A DNA stretch of 64,000 nucleotides from an uncultured Gemmatimonadaceae bacterium (GTDB lineage Bacteria; Gemmatimonadota; Gemmatimonadetes; Gemmatimonadales; Gemmatimonadaceae), in contig CAWJMB010000001.1 in NCBI GenBank assembly GCA_963843845.1, forward strand, positions 64,001 through 128,000, in the 5' to 3' direction. The position numbers and the translations under genes are program-made. Below are positions 23,015 through 32,876 of the stretch, piece by piece; position 1 is the first letter of the stretch; every line of letters starts with the position of its first letter. The notes beneath the pieces are model-generated. The model searched no databases. It was not told the DNA's origin and saw nothing but the letters and a program-made list of their open reading frames with translations.

Positions 23015-25210
23015 TCACGCGCGCGGCAGCGTGAGCGTGAACGTCGAGCCCGCGCCGAGCGTGCTGTCCACGGTGAGATCGCCGCCCATCGCGCGCGCGA
23101 GGTCGCGGCTGATCGCGAGCCCGAGCCCCGTCCCCTCGACCGGCGTGGCGAGCGAGCGGCCCAACTGCACGAACGGCTCGAAGATCTGCTCCAGTCGCTC
23201 GTGCGGAATGCCGATTCCCGTGTCGCGCACGACCGTGGACGCGACGCCGTCGCCGGCAGCACACTGGATCGTCACCGACCCGCCCCGCAGCGTGTACTTC
23301 GCGGCGTTCGACAGCAGGTTCAGCATGATCTGCCGCAGCTTGTCCGGGTCGGCGCGCACCGCCACGGCCGGCCGGCCGCGCGCCGACGGACCGGCGTCGC
23401 ACTCGCCGTGCACGTACGCGACCCCCTTGGCCTCGAACTGTGGCGCGACGAGCGCCGTGATCTCGTCGACGACCTCGTGCAGCCGCACGTCGGCGGGGCG
23501 GAACTCGATCTTCCCCGCGTCGAGCTTCGCGAAGTTCAGCACGTCCGTGATGAGCCCGAGCAGGTGCGCCTGCGACGCCTGGATCCGCTCGAGCGCGCCG
23601 CGCTGCGCCTCGGTGAGCGGCCCGTGAATGCCGAGCTGGATGAGCTGCGCGTGACCGCCGATCGCGTTCAGCGGCGTCCGCAGCTCGTGACTCATCGTGG
23701 CGAGGAAGTCCATCTTCGCGCGGTTCGCCGATTCCGCGTCGCCCCGCGCGCGGTGCTCGGCCTCGTACAGCCGCGCGTTCTCCAGCGCGACGGCGGCGCG
23801 GCGCGCGAGCTCCTCGGCGAGCGCGAGGTCGTCCGCGTCGTAGCGCCGGGCCGACTCGGTGACGATGAACCCGAGCCCGCCGAGCAGTACGCCGCCCAAC
23901 ATCAGCGGCACGAGGATGTACGAGCGCATGCCGAGCGCCTCGACGCGCGCACGCTGCGCCGGGTGCGGCACGAACCGTTCGACCGTCTCCGGCATGACCT
24001 CCGGAACCAGCAGCCCTCGCCCGACCGCAAGCTGCTCCATCACCTCCGGCGCGGCGCGCGCCGTGGCGTCGGGATTCCGGAGCGCGGACTCGGCGAGCAG
24101 CGCGGCCTTCCCCGGGTCGCGGTGCACGTGGACGACGCGCTCGAACGCGTGCGCGCCGCGCCGAAGGTCGATCGTGCAGCCGTCGGCGAAGCGCGGGACC
24201 GCGAGCCGACCGATCGCCTCGAGCGTCGCGCCGACGTCGAGCTGGGCGGCGAGCGCGCGCCCCGCGTCGGCGAGCAGCTTCAGGCGCTCCTCGGCCCGCG
24301 CCTCGGCGTCGACGTCGCGCATGTAGATCGCGAGCCCCGTCTGCGTCGGGAACGCGCGCGTCTCGATCCACCGCGCTCGCCGCGGCGAGAGCGCGCGGAA
24401 GCGCGCCGACGCGCCACCGCGCATCGCCCGCTCGAGCTGCGCCAGCGCCTCCCGGTCGGCTCCCCCCTCGTGCAGCGCCTCGTACGACGTGCCTAACGCC
24501 CCGTCCGCGGCGGTCCCCTCGTCGAGGAGCCACGCCCGGCCGGCCGCGTTCATGCGCACCAGCCGCCACGCGCGGTCGTACTCGAACAGCGCGTCCGACA
24601 TGGTGTCGAGCACGTCGGCGAGGCGCGCCGAGAGCGATTCCGCGCGCGCGCGCGCCTCGCGTTCCGACTCGTAGAGCCGCGCGCGCTCGAGTGCCTGCGC
24701 GCACAGATCGGCGAACGCCCGCATGAACGCCCGCACGTCGGGCGCGAACGTACGCGGCGCCGCGAAGCTGACCGTCAGCGCGCCGAGCAGCTCGTCGTCG
24801 AGCACGAGCGGGAGCGCCGCCCACGCCGCGTCGGCCGCGCCCGGCGGCAGCGTGTGCGGCCCGACCGCGTACGCCCGCGCCCACGCCGCCATGTTCTCGA
24901 CGAACACCGGCTCGCGCGAGCGCACGACGTCGCGCACGGGGAGCGGCGCATCGGCCGGGACGGTCGCGAACATCGTTCGCACCTCGTCCCCCGCCCCGCG
25001 CACGCCCAGCAGGGTGAGCGCCGCGCCGTCCCGTGTGAGCTCGAGCACCGCGCCCGCGTGTGCGCCTAACGCGTCCACGAGGTAGGTGACGATGACGTCC
25101 GCGACCTCGTCGCGTGCGAGAGTCCGGCCGAGCGCGGCACTGAGTCGTTGCAGCGCCCCGGCCTCCGCCGAGGCGGCGTCGCGCGAGGCATGCGGAGGGG
25201 TCGAAGACAT
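23015..25210 (-). CDS. GAF-PAS-GAF sensor histidine kinase
   Basis: FLATMSHELRTPLN, NLLSNAAKYT, DTGIGI, GTGLGLAIS. Confidence 0.9.
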   Translation of the reverse strand: MSSTPPHASRDAASAEAGALQRLSAALGRTLARDEVADVIVTYLVDALGAHAGAVLELTRDGAALTLLGVRGAGDEVRTMFATVPADAPLPVRDVVRSREPVFVENMAAWARAYAVGPHTLPPGAADAAWAALPLVLDDELLGALTVSFAAPRTFAPDVRAFMRAFADLCAQALERARLYESEREARARAESLSARLADVLDTMSDALFEYDRAWRLVRMNAAGRAWLLDEGTAADGALGTSYEALHEGGADREALAQLERAMRGGASARFRALSPRRARWIETRAFPTQTGLAIYMRDVDAEARAEERLKLLADAGRALAAQLDVGATLEAIGRLAVPRFADGCTIDLRRGAHAFERVVHVHRDPGKAALLAESALRNPDATARAAPEVMEQLAVGRGLLVPEVMPETVERFVPHPAQRARVEALGMRSYILVPLMLGGVLLGGLGFIVTESARRYDADDLALAEELARRAAVALENARLYEAEHRARGDAESANRAKMDFLATMSHELRTPLNAIGGHAQLIQLGIHGPLTEAQRGALERIQASQAHLLGLITDVLNFAKLDAGKIEFRPADVRLHEVVDEITALVAPQFEAKGVAYVHGECDAGPSARGRPAVAVRADPDKLRQIMLNLLSNAAKYTLRGGSVTIQCAAGDGVASTVVRDTGIGIPHERLEQIFEPFVQLGRSLATPVEGTGLGLAISRDLARAMGGDLTVDSTLGAGSTFTLTLPRA

Positions 25211-25257
25211 CGGCCGACGAACGCCCGCGGCGCGCCCCGAAGTTCCGCCGCGCGCCG

Positions 25258-26412
25258 TCACGTGCCCGCCTCGACCGACGCGAGGCGGAACTCGTGCGCC
25301 TTGGCGTCCGGCTCGACGAACCGCGCGAGCGCCTCTCCTTCGAGGGCGAGCGCCGGACGTGCGCCGCGCGGCACGGTCGAGTAGGGGGTCATCGTCAGCG
25401 TCGCGACGCCGCGGCTCCGCGCCACCTTCCACGTCCCGGCGACGACGCCGTCGACGAGCACGGTCGCCGCGACCTGCAGATTCCTCGAGACGATGCGCGG
25501 GCGGTAGAGATCGGGGACGACGCGCGACCGATCGTCGTGCGCGAGCACGAGCGAGTCGAACTCGGGGAGGAAGCGCACCGGCGCGTCGGCGTCCTCGCCC
25601 GGCCGCGGCGCGTGCGGCATGTCGAACAGCTCGCGCCCCTTGCGATCCCGGAACGTGACGAGTTCGTCGCGCATCGCGTCGAACGTCGGCCGCATGCTGC
25701 GCACCCCGCTCCACACCATCATGTCGGCCGCCGTCGCCGGCCCGAACGCCCCCAGGTACCGGCGCACGAGCGCCCGGCGCGCCGGTTCGTCCGCGTCCGC
25801 GCCATCGCTCGCGACGGCGGTCGTCGGTGCGGCGGCCCACGACTCGGCGAGGGCGAACGCGGGACCCGTGTCCCACCCCCACGGTGCGCCCGACGTCGGC
25901 ACCTGCACGAGGGGGAGCAGCATGCGCACGGCGTAGCCCAACGCGCGCTCGTCGACGTCGGGAAACCGCCGGGCGAGCGCGCCGCGCAGCTCCTCGAACG
26001 TGTGCGGTCGCTCGGCGAGGGGCACGCGTGCTGCCGAGACGGTCGCCTCGGTGTCGAGACCCGCCGCACGGTCGCGCAGCACCGCGCGCATGGCGGCGGC
26101 GAGCATCGGCTCGAGCGCCGGCCGGAGCCGCCAGTAGTCGCCAGCGCTCACCAGGTGCAGCGTGCCACGCATCAACGTGGCACGCACGACCGAGCGCGCG
26201 TGCACCGCGTCGAGGAGCGCGTCGCGGGTGAACGCCGCGAGCCGCGTCCACAGCGCGACGAACGGCGGTCGCGCGAGCTGCGCCTGCACCCCGCCGAACC
26301 GCTCGACGGCGTCCACGATCGGCATCGTGTCGCGGTCGAGCAGCGACTGCCGTGCGAGCGTCGCGCGGTTCAGCGCGCGCGGAGAGAGCGTCGCGTCAGG
26401 CGTCGCAGGCAT
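25258..26412 (-). CDS. AlkZ-like HTH_42 DNA glycosylase
   Basis: LNRATLARQSLL, GVQAQ (QxQ), MRGTLHLV, RYLGAFGPAT, LPEFDS. Confidence 0.85.
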   Translation of the reverse strand: MPATPDATLSPRALNRATLARQSLLDRDTMPIVDAVERFGGVQAQLARPPFVALWTRLAAFTRDALLDAVHARSVVRATLMRGTLHLVSAGDYWRLRPALEPMLAAAMRAVLRDRAAGLDTEATVSAARVPLAERPHTFEELRGALARRFPDVDERALGYAVRMLLPLVQVPTSGAPWGWDTGPAFALAESWAAAPTTAVASDGADADEPARRALVRRYLGAFGPATAADMMVWSGVRSMRPTFDAMRDELVTFRDRKGRELFDMPHAPRPGEDADAPVRFLPEFDSLVLAHDDRSRVVPDLYRPRIVSRNLQVAATVLVDGVVAGTWKVARSRGVATLTMTPYSTVPRGARPALALEGEALARFVEPDAKAHEFRLASVEAGT

Positions 26413-26481
26413 GCCGAGGCTCGGCCGACGAAGCCGTGTGAGCGGAGATCGAGCGCGCGGGCGCGTGCCGAACGACCCGGC

Positions 26482-26964
26482 CTACCGCTTCGCGTCGGGG
26501 CGTTTCGCCGCGCGCGCGGCGGCGGGCGCCGTCTCGTGCCCGGCCATCCCCTTCATGTCGTGCTCCATCTCGCTCCCGCACCGCTGCTCGAGCGGCTCGA
26601 AGCGCTCGTGCAGCGCCGCGAGCGACGCCACCACGTCGGCATCCGGTGCCGGCGTCGCGACGAGCGCGGCGAGCGCCCGCGCGTCGGTCGCGATGCGCGC
26701 GACGGCGGCCGTCGTCGCGCTGTCGCTGCACGCAGCCGGGCCGCGGCTCGCCGACCACCGCCGAGCCGCGTCCGCGAGTGCTCCCGCCTTCGCACGGATC
26801 GGAGCGAGATCCTGCCTGCCCTTCGCCGGATGCCACGTCGCGCCCAGCACGACATGGAACGCGTCCAGCTCCTTCCACGGCGCCGCGTGCGTCGTGCCCT
26901 GCTGCGCGACGACAGGCGTGGCGACGCACAGCGTGGCGATGAGGGCGAGCGGCGAGGAGCGCAT
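26482..26964 (-). CDS. Secreted helical hypothetical protein
   Basis: Signal peptide; WKELDAFH..TWHP..LHERFE. Confidence 0.65.
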   Translation of the reverse strand: MRSSPLALIATLCVATPVVAQQGTTHAAPWKELDAFHVVLGATWHPAKGRQDLAPIRAKAGALADAARRWSASRGPAACSDSATTAAVARIATDARALAALVATPAPDADVVASLAALHERFEPLEQRCGSEMEHDMKGMAGHETAPAAARAAKRPDAKR

Positions 26965-27187
26965 GACGTCGGAGACGAGAGGGGTCGGCGCCGGGCGGCG
27001 CGGGGTCCGCGGAATGTGCACGCGCGGCGCCGTCCGACGCCACTCCGACACACGCCCCGCCGCACTGGCACCGAGGCCCCCTCGTGACGCACCGCACACC
27101 TGCCGCGCCGGCGCACTCGCCCGGCATCCCCCTCGCACTACAGGGGGCGACACGAAGCACTCGCACGACTCACGGAGGCCGCCGTTC

Positions 27188-27490
27188 ATGATGCAGACTC
27201 TCTTCGGGCTGACCCTGCTCCCGACCCGTTTTCCACTCGCGCCGACACAGGCGCACGCGCTCTCCGACCGCATCGCCGCCGCGGCCCGGCAGGTGCAGAA
27301 CGGCGCGCCGACGGCGTTCGCCGCGGAGGCGCGTCGTGACGCGGTGAGCTACCTCGACGCGCGGCGCAGCCGGCAGCTGCGCCTTCCGCTCGCGTTGGAG
27401 CGCGCTGCAGACGAAGGCGCGCGCGCGCTGCTCCGACTCACCGTCGGCATCCCGCCGCTCCCGGCCCGTGCCGAATTGCTGGTCGCGTGA
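27188..27490 (+). CDS. Small hypothetical protein
   Basis: GGAGG RBS upstream of ATG; protein-like composition. Confidence 0.5.
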   Translation: MMQTLFGLTLLPTRFPLAPTQAHALSDRIAAAARQVQNGAPTAFAAEARRDAVSYLDARRSRQLRLPLALERAADEGARALLRLTVGIPPLPARAELLVA

Positions 27491-27568
27491 CCGGGGGCTA
27501 GTCGGGCGCCCGCCTCGACGTGGAGGCGGCGCCCCGTCGTCACGCGAGCGCGAGGACAGGTTCGTTTT

Positions 27569-28390
27569 CTAACCGAGCGCGTCCGTATCCAGCACTCTGA
27601 CGTTGGACACCGTCGTCGCGGAGACGACGGCCGCTGAATAGCCGGATTCGACGTGTGGTGCGTGCATCCTCCACCGACTCGTCGCATGGACATCGTGTCG
27701 GTCAGCGATCAGGCGGGCAGGCTCCCCGGGATCGAGCGACACGTCGAAGTAGTGCAGCCCGCGCGTGATCCCGACGCCGGTCGCTTTCAGGTAGGCCTCC
27801 TTTCGCGACCACGCGGCGAAGAATCCAGCGATCGTCTGCTCGTGGCGCGCGTGGGGCGGCGCCCGGTCGACGAGCGCGCGCAGCGTGGTCCGCTCGGCGG
27901 GCGAGAAGAACCGTTCGGCGAGCGCCAGGTGCTCGACGTTCGCATCCCATCGTTCGACGTCGACCCCGACCGCGGTCGTCCCGGTGACAGCGAGCAGGGC
28001 GAGCTCGCCCGAATGGGACAGATTGAACTCGAGCCCAGCCGCGGGTCGGGCGGCGTGTTCGTCGCCGTACCCGCCGGCCTCCCGGCCGGGCAGTCCGCTC
28101 GCAGCGGCCCCGTCCGCGCCGAGTCGAACGAGCGCGGGCTTTCCATGCACGCCCGCCGCGAACGCCAAGCCCTCAGCGGCCCCGCCAAGGTACGCCGCGA
28201 GAATTCGTCGCTTCCATCCGTGCGCGACGATGAAGCGAGCACCGTGCTCGGCGCGAATGAAGCGATCGGCGCGCGCCCGCTCCTCGACTGACAGCACGCC
28301 CCGCAGTCGCGAGACGTCCTGTCGTGCGTCGAGTCGGATGCGCCACAGATCCACGGTCGCGTCATCGGGCAGGGGGCAGCGCGGCATCAC
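27569..28390 (-). CDS. Sfp-type 4'-phosphopantetheinyl transferase
   Basis: GKPAL, FNLSHSG, VGVDVE, WSRKEAYLKATG. Confidence 0.92.
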   Translation of the reverse strand: MMPRCPLPDDATVDLWRIRLDARQDVSRLRGVLSVEERARADRFIRAEHGARFIVAHGWKRRILAAYLGGAAEGLAFAAGVHGKPALVRLGADGAAASGLPGREAGGYGDEHAARPAAGLEFNLSHSGELALLAVTGTTAVGVDVERWDANVEHLALAERFFSPAERTTLRALVDRAPPHARHEQTIAGFFAAWSRKEAYLKATGVGITRGLHYFDVSLDPGEPARLIADRHDVHATSRWRMHAPHVESGYSAAVVSATTVSNVRVLDTDALG

Positions 28391-28756
28391 GCGGTCACGT
28401 TACCCGGTAACGGCATCTCACGCTCGACCCTGCGGGCAAGTCGTTGTCTCTCCGCACCTTAGCGTCTCCCGACAGAACTGTCGTCACCGCGCATGCTGCC
28501 GACGCCTGGCCACCATTGCCCCTCCACGCCGCCGCGTCGTGCGCTCGATGCGCACGACCCGTGCGCCGCCATGTGACGATCGTGTGACGGTGATCGGTAC
28601 CATGCCCCGCACCTCGCTGGAAGCGGCGCCGCTCGAATCACGCTCCGCACACGGCTGAGCGAACGTGTCCGCCCGCAGACGCACGTCGACACGGGTCGGT
28701 CACCAGCATCACGAAGGGGGCGTTCGTGGGCGACACCTGTCGACCGTGCACGATGC

Positions 28757-28829
28757 TGTTCAGACACTGAACAACGACTCAGCAATCCATGAAAGCCTTC
28801 CGCTCGTCGGCGTGTTCAGACGCTGAACA
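28757..28829. promoter_or_regulatory. Two 17-bp palindromes TGTTCAG-ACR-CTGAACA (candidate parS/operator)
   Basis: 28757-28773 TGTTCAGACACTGAACA and 28813-28829 TGTTCAGACGCTGAACA. Confidence 0.6.
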
Positions 28830-29160
28830 AGGAAACGCGGACGATCTTCCGCATCTGGCGGATATGTGCTCGCCTCTCGCCATCCACATGTTGCGCGATG
28901 ACACGTGCGCCATAGCTTCCGCCGCGGCGAGGGCATTGCGCTCGACACGTTGGCGGCGCGCGCGGCATGGCGACGGCGGGATCCACGTAGGTCTCGCGCG
29001 CCGCACGCCCATGGAATCCGGCCGGCGGACGTGTTGACGGACAGGGTCGCGAGGGTGAGTGGCGCACGAGGCGTCGCGATGTGCACCGGTGATCGGACCG
29101 GGTCGCACACCAGGCTGGGCGCGCGCGCCGGGCGCACCGGGGCTCCCACGCGCTCGCGGC

Positions 29161-29237
29161 TCGTCGCGGCTCGTCGCGGCTCGTCGCGGCTCGTCGCGGC
29201 TCGTCGCGGCTCGTCGCGGCTCGTCGCGGCTCGTCGC
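29161..29237. repeat. Perfect 10-bp tandem repeat TCGTCGCGGC x7.7
   Basis: Directly visible upstream of parA. Confidence 0.95.
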
Positions 29238-29552
29238 AGAGAACTACCCGCGACAGTTCGGTCTCACTCGTCGAGTGGGTGCGTTGAACGTGTTTCATGT
29301 GATCGGAGAGTGAGGCTAGATCTCAAACGGACGCCCGGGCCTTGTCGATCGACTACGACATCATCGTGGCGTATCCGCCGAGCGCACGGCGACGTTCCCA
29401 CCGCCAATCGCGGCAGACGGTCGGGCGCCCTCGGCTGGCTGGCGCGCCCTGCGACGAGAGGGCTCCGGACCGCGCTCGAGGCGCACCCGCGTCACTCTCC
29501 GTCGCGGGGACTTCCTGCGACACCACCCGCTCGTCCACCCATCCGTCGGTTC

Positions 29553-30266
29553 ATGAGTGACATTCGACTCCTCGCCCTCGCAGCCGGCCGTGGGGGCACT
29601 GGAAAGTCCACCCTCACCTACGGCATCGCGCACGCGCTCCACGTCCTGAAAGGCATGGACGACGTCGCCATGCTCGATCTCGATCCGCAAGCCGGCCTCA
29701 CGACACGCGCTGGCAAGCAGCCCGTCGCCGATCCGATTCAGGAACCGCCAGTCCAGGTGTTCGGGATCACGTTGTACCGCGGCGGGCGGGGGCTGTCGCA
29801 GGCGACCGATACGCAGCTCGCCACGCACATCGAGCGTGCCGTCAACGAGGGGTCGCCCGACCGCGTCGTCATCGCCGACATGCCCCCAGCGCTCCACGAC
29901 CGCGTGCATCGCCTCGTATTCGAGCGCGACGACTCGTTCGTGCTCGGCGCGATTCGCTGCGAGCCGGACTCGTTTCATTCCATGAACGAGCTCGTGGCGC
30001 AGGTGGGGCGGGCTGGGCGACCGTACATGCTGGTGCCCACGTTCCACGCCCGGAAGAACGCGCAGAACGCGACGCTCCTCGCACTTCAGTCCCAGCACCA
30101 CGGCCACGTGACCGAGACACTGATCCCGCAGGACAACAAGGCCGTCGACTGCGTCCTCAACCGGCAGCCGGTCACACTGTTCGCGAAGAAGTCGAAAATC
30201 GCCCTCGCCATCAGCGCGCTGCTGGACGAGGTCCTCGCGACCGAAACCGTTCCGACGGAGCGCTGA
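29553..30266 (+). CDS. parA: ParA-family partition ATPase
   Basis: GRGGTGKST deviant Walker A, DLDPQA, IADMPP. Confidence 0.88.
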   Translation: MSDIRLLALAAGRGGTGKSTLTYGIAHALHVLKGMDDVAMLDLDPQAGLTTRAGKQPVADPIQEPPVQVFGITLYRGGRGLSQATDTQLATHIERAVNEGSPDRVVIADMPPALHDRVHRLVFERDDSFVLGAIRCEPDSFHSMNELVAQVGRAGRPYMLVPTFHARKNAQNATLLALQSQHHGHVTETLIPQDNKAVDCVLNRQPVTLFAKKSKIALAISALLDEVLATETVPTER

Positions 30267-30268
30267 CC

Positions 30269-31735
30269 ATGGGTTTCAAGCCGCGGAAGGGCGACGCTCC
30301 ACCGACTGGACGGATCCGCCCGAGCGTCAACTTCGAGCGCACCATGGCGCTCGCGTCGCAGATCGCCGCCGAGTCGGTCCCGGACGAGCATACCGTGTCC
30401 GCCAACGAGCAGGCGCCAGCCGTCGTCGAGCGCGGAGTTCTCGCCGCCCCGACACCGATGGCACGTGCGACCCCGGCGAGCACGTCGGGAGCGACGTCGC
30501 CGGTCGACGTCGGCTCATCGATGCCCTCGCGCCCGTCGCATCCAGGTGAGGAGAGTGACGCGGGGAGCGAGCGAGCCGCGACCGGCCGCCGAGGCGCCGC
30601 GGGTGCGGCAGCGTTGGAGTCCGGCGGTGGTAGCGCGAACGGCAGGGGTGGCACGACCGATCTGGCCCACGATCGGGCCTCTGACCTGGCCACGGAGCCG
30701 CTCACTGCAGCTACGACCGAGCCGGCTGCCGAGCGAGCCGGTGTGCGAGCCGGTGAATCGAGCGACGCTGAAGGTGCTCCCGCGCCCGGCGCCGAGCGCG
30801 ATCGGGAGCGATCCGGGGGGGGCGGCGTAGCGCTCACGTCGATGCCGGTCGATTCGATCCGGAAATCGCCGTTCCAGCCGAAGGGCCGGCCCTCGCACGA
30901 GGCTGTCGCCGCGGTCGCGCAAGCCATCGAGCGGGCGGGCGGCATCGAGCGCCTCGTCGGCGCCGACGGACAGTCGACATTCCAGAGCCTGTCGCCCGAG
31001 GCGAAGCGACTTGCCGAGTTGACCTACAGCGTCGCGCGGGATGGCGTACGCGATCCGATCGAAGTCAGACGTGCGGAGGACGGCGTCATCGAAGCGCTGT
31101 CCGGCCACCGGCGTCTCGCTGCCGCGATGCTGATTGGCATGCAGCACGTGCCGATCCTCGATCGCGGTGCACTGTCCTCGCTCCAGGCGGCGGCCACGGT
31201 CCTCAGCGGCAACCTGCATCGCGAGGATTTCACCCCATGGCAGGAGGCCGTTCTGGTGACGGAAGTCGTCGCCCAGCGACGCGCTGACGGTCTGCCGGCG
31301 GACGTCCGTACGATCGGTGCGATCATGGGGTACAGCCACGGGCGCGTCAGCACGCTGCTCGCGATTCGCCGCGTCGTCAGCGACGCCGTCCTCGAGCGGC
31401 TCGGCGAGCCGGCGGCCATCGAGGAGGCACTCGCGCGCTACGCGAACTACTCGCGCCTCGAGGAGATCGCACGCCTTCCCGACGAGTCCCGGCGCGAACA
31501 GGCGCTTCGCCGGGTGCTCGGCGTGCCGGTCGACGCGGCGGGGGGGGTCGACGAGCGACTCGTCGATCGGGTCTACGACCACAGGCCGAAGCGCCGCGGC
31601 GGATTCACCATCGAGGTGTTCCGCCCGATCGAACAGCTCGCGCCGCACGATGCGTCGGCGCTCCGTGAGCTCTTCGCGTCGCAGCTCGCCCGCCTGGATG
31701 CCCGGCTCCATGCGGCAGGAGAGCGCCGGCAATAG
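30269..31735 (+). CDS. parB: ParB/Spo0J-family partition protein
   Basis: SPFQP, GVRDPIEV, SGHRRLAA, NLHREDFTPWQEA, HTH IGAIMGYSHGRVS. Confidence 0.88.
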   Translation: MGFKPRKGDAPPTGRIRPSVNFERTMALASQIAAESVPDEHTVSANEQAPAVVERGVLAAPTPMARATPASTSGATSPVDVGSSMPSRPSHPGEESDAGSERAATGRRGAAGAAALESGGGSANGRGGTTDLAHDRASDLATEPLTAATTEPAAERAGVRAGESSDAEGAPAPGAERDRERSGGGGVALTSMPVDSIRKSPFQPKGRPSHEAVAAVAQAIERAGGIERLVGADGQSTFQSLSPEAKRLAELTYSVARDGVRDPIEVRRAEDGVIEALSGHRRLAAAMLIGMQHVPILDRGALSSLQAAATVLSGNLHREDFTPWQEAVLVTEVVAQRRADGLPADVRTIGAIMGYSHGRVSTLLAIRRVVSDAVLERLGEPAAIEEALARYANYSRLEEIARLPDESRREQALRRVLGVPVDAAGGVDERLVDRVYDHRPKRRGGFTIEVFRPIEQLAPHDASALRELFASQLARLDARLHAAGERRQ

Positions 31736-31823
31736 CAGCCAGTCGCTGCCGAGTCCGCTCGATCCGCCGCACCCGCGCGCCGCGCCCCGCGCGGGGACGA
31801 CGGTGCTCGATCCTCCCGGACGA

Positions 31824-32876
31824 TCAGTCGTCGAACGAGATGCGCGGAACGCCATCCGGGTCGAGCGCCACGTGCGGCTGGAGCCCGGGGCCGAGCGAGA
31901 GCGTGATACCGTTGAGTGTCAGGCGAAGCGCGATCGCCCGCGCCTGCGTTCCCGGCGCCGAGTCCGCGGGCGCCGACGCCGCTGGGGCTACGGCCAGCGG
32001 CGTCGGTGCGACGGGGCCGGTGCCGTCGGACGATGTGCTCCGTCCGGCCGCGGCTCGGGCCTGCGGCGTTCCCGATGGCGGCGACACGTCGGTCGGCGCC
32101 CCCGACGCGCGCCCCGCGGATCTCCCGTGCGTCCACGACCAGGCTGGTGCCCCCGTCTGCTGCGCTGCCGAGACACCACGAGCGGCGATCTCACCCGACG
32201 GCAGGGCCACACTCCCGACACCGCGTGCGACCGCCGTGAACGCGAACTGCACCGGTGCACCCGCCGTTTCGTTCGCGCGGAGCAGGCCCGCGCCGCTGAG
32301 CCGACGCAATGCGATGCGAACCTGCTTCGGCGTATAGCCTGTGCGAGCTGCCAACTCACGGAGCGTCACCGGTGTCAACGCGTCCGGCGGCATGATCTGC
32401 TCGGCGAGGGCGCGAACGACGAGAAGCGGGGCGGGCTCGCCGTTCAGCGGCTGAACGATGGCACTCCAATCGAGGTCCAGAGCCGCACGGTGCACGGTAA
32501 AGGCAGACTCAGCGAACGTCAGCTGCGTGCCATCTTTCGATAGCGTCGCGATACTGGCGCGTTCGAGACACGCCATCGCGGCGGTCTGGCGTCGTCGGTC
32601 GGGGTCGCCGCGCAACATCGGCAGCTCTGCGATCGGGAGCGGGACCGTCCACGGAGGGAGGGCGCCGATAATGCCGCGTGTGTGCAGCATGCCCTGACAC
32701 GCGACCAGCCATGCGCGCGTCCAGCGCGTCAGCTCGGCGACCGTCATCACCGACGCGCCGAGTGGAACGGGGGCAGCGACCGCGGCGAGCTGCGGCAGCA
32801 CGCCGAGATCGTCGACGAGAACCGGACGCTCGCGGACCGACCGCAGCGAGAGCGGGAACGGACGCTCGGCGTTCAC
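31824..32876 (-). CDS. Uncharacterised winged-helix protein
   Basis: VTLRELAARTGYTPKQVRIALRRLSGAGLL; Pro/Ala linker; short beta-rich C-terminal domain. Confidence 0.7.
   Translation of the reverse strand: MNAERPFPLSLRSVRERPVLVDDLGVLPQLAAVAAPVPLGASVMTVAELTRWTRAWLVACQGMLHTRGIIGALPPWTVPLPIAELPMLRGDPDRRRQTAAMACLERASIATLSKDGTQLTFAESAFTVHRAALDLDWSAIVQPLNGEPAPLLVVRALAEQIMPPDALTPVTLRELAARTGYTPKQVRIALRRLSGAGLLRANETAGAPVQFAFTAVARGVGSVALPSGEIAARGVSAAQQTGAPAWSWTHGRSAGRASGAPTDVSPPSGTPQARAAAGRSTSSDGTGPVAPTPLAVAPAASAPADSAPGTQARAIALRLTLNGITLSLGPGLQPHVALDPDGVPRISFDD

Noticed and set aside
29161..29237. Tandem repeats (also 8446-8510 and 8934-8984) as CRISPR arrays
   Set aside because: No spacers, units too short, no cas genes
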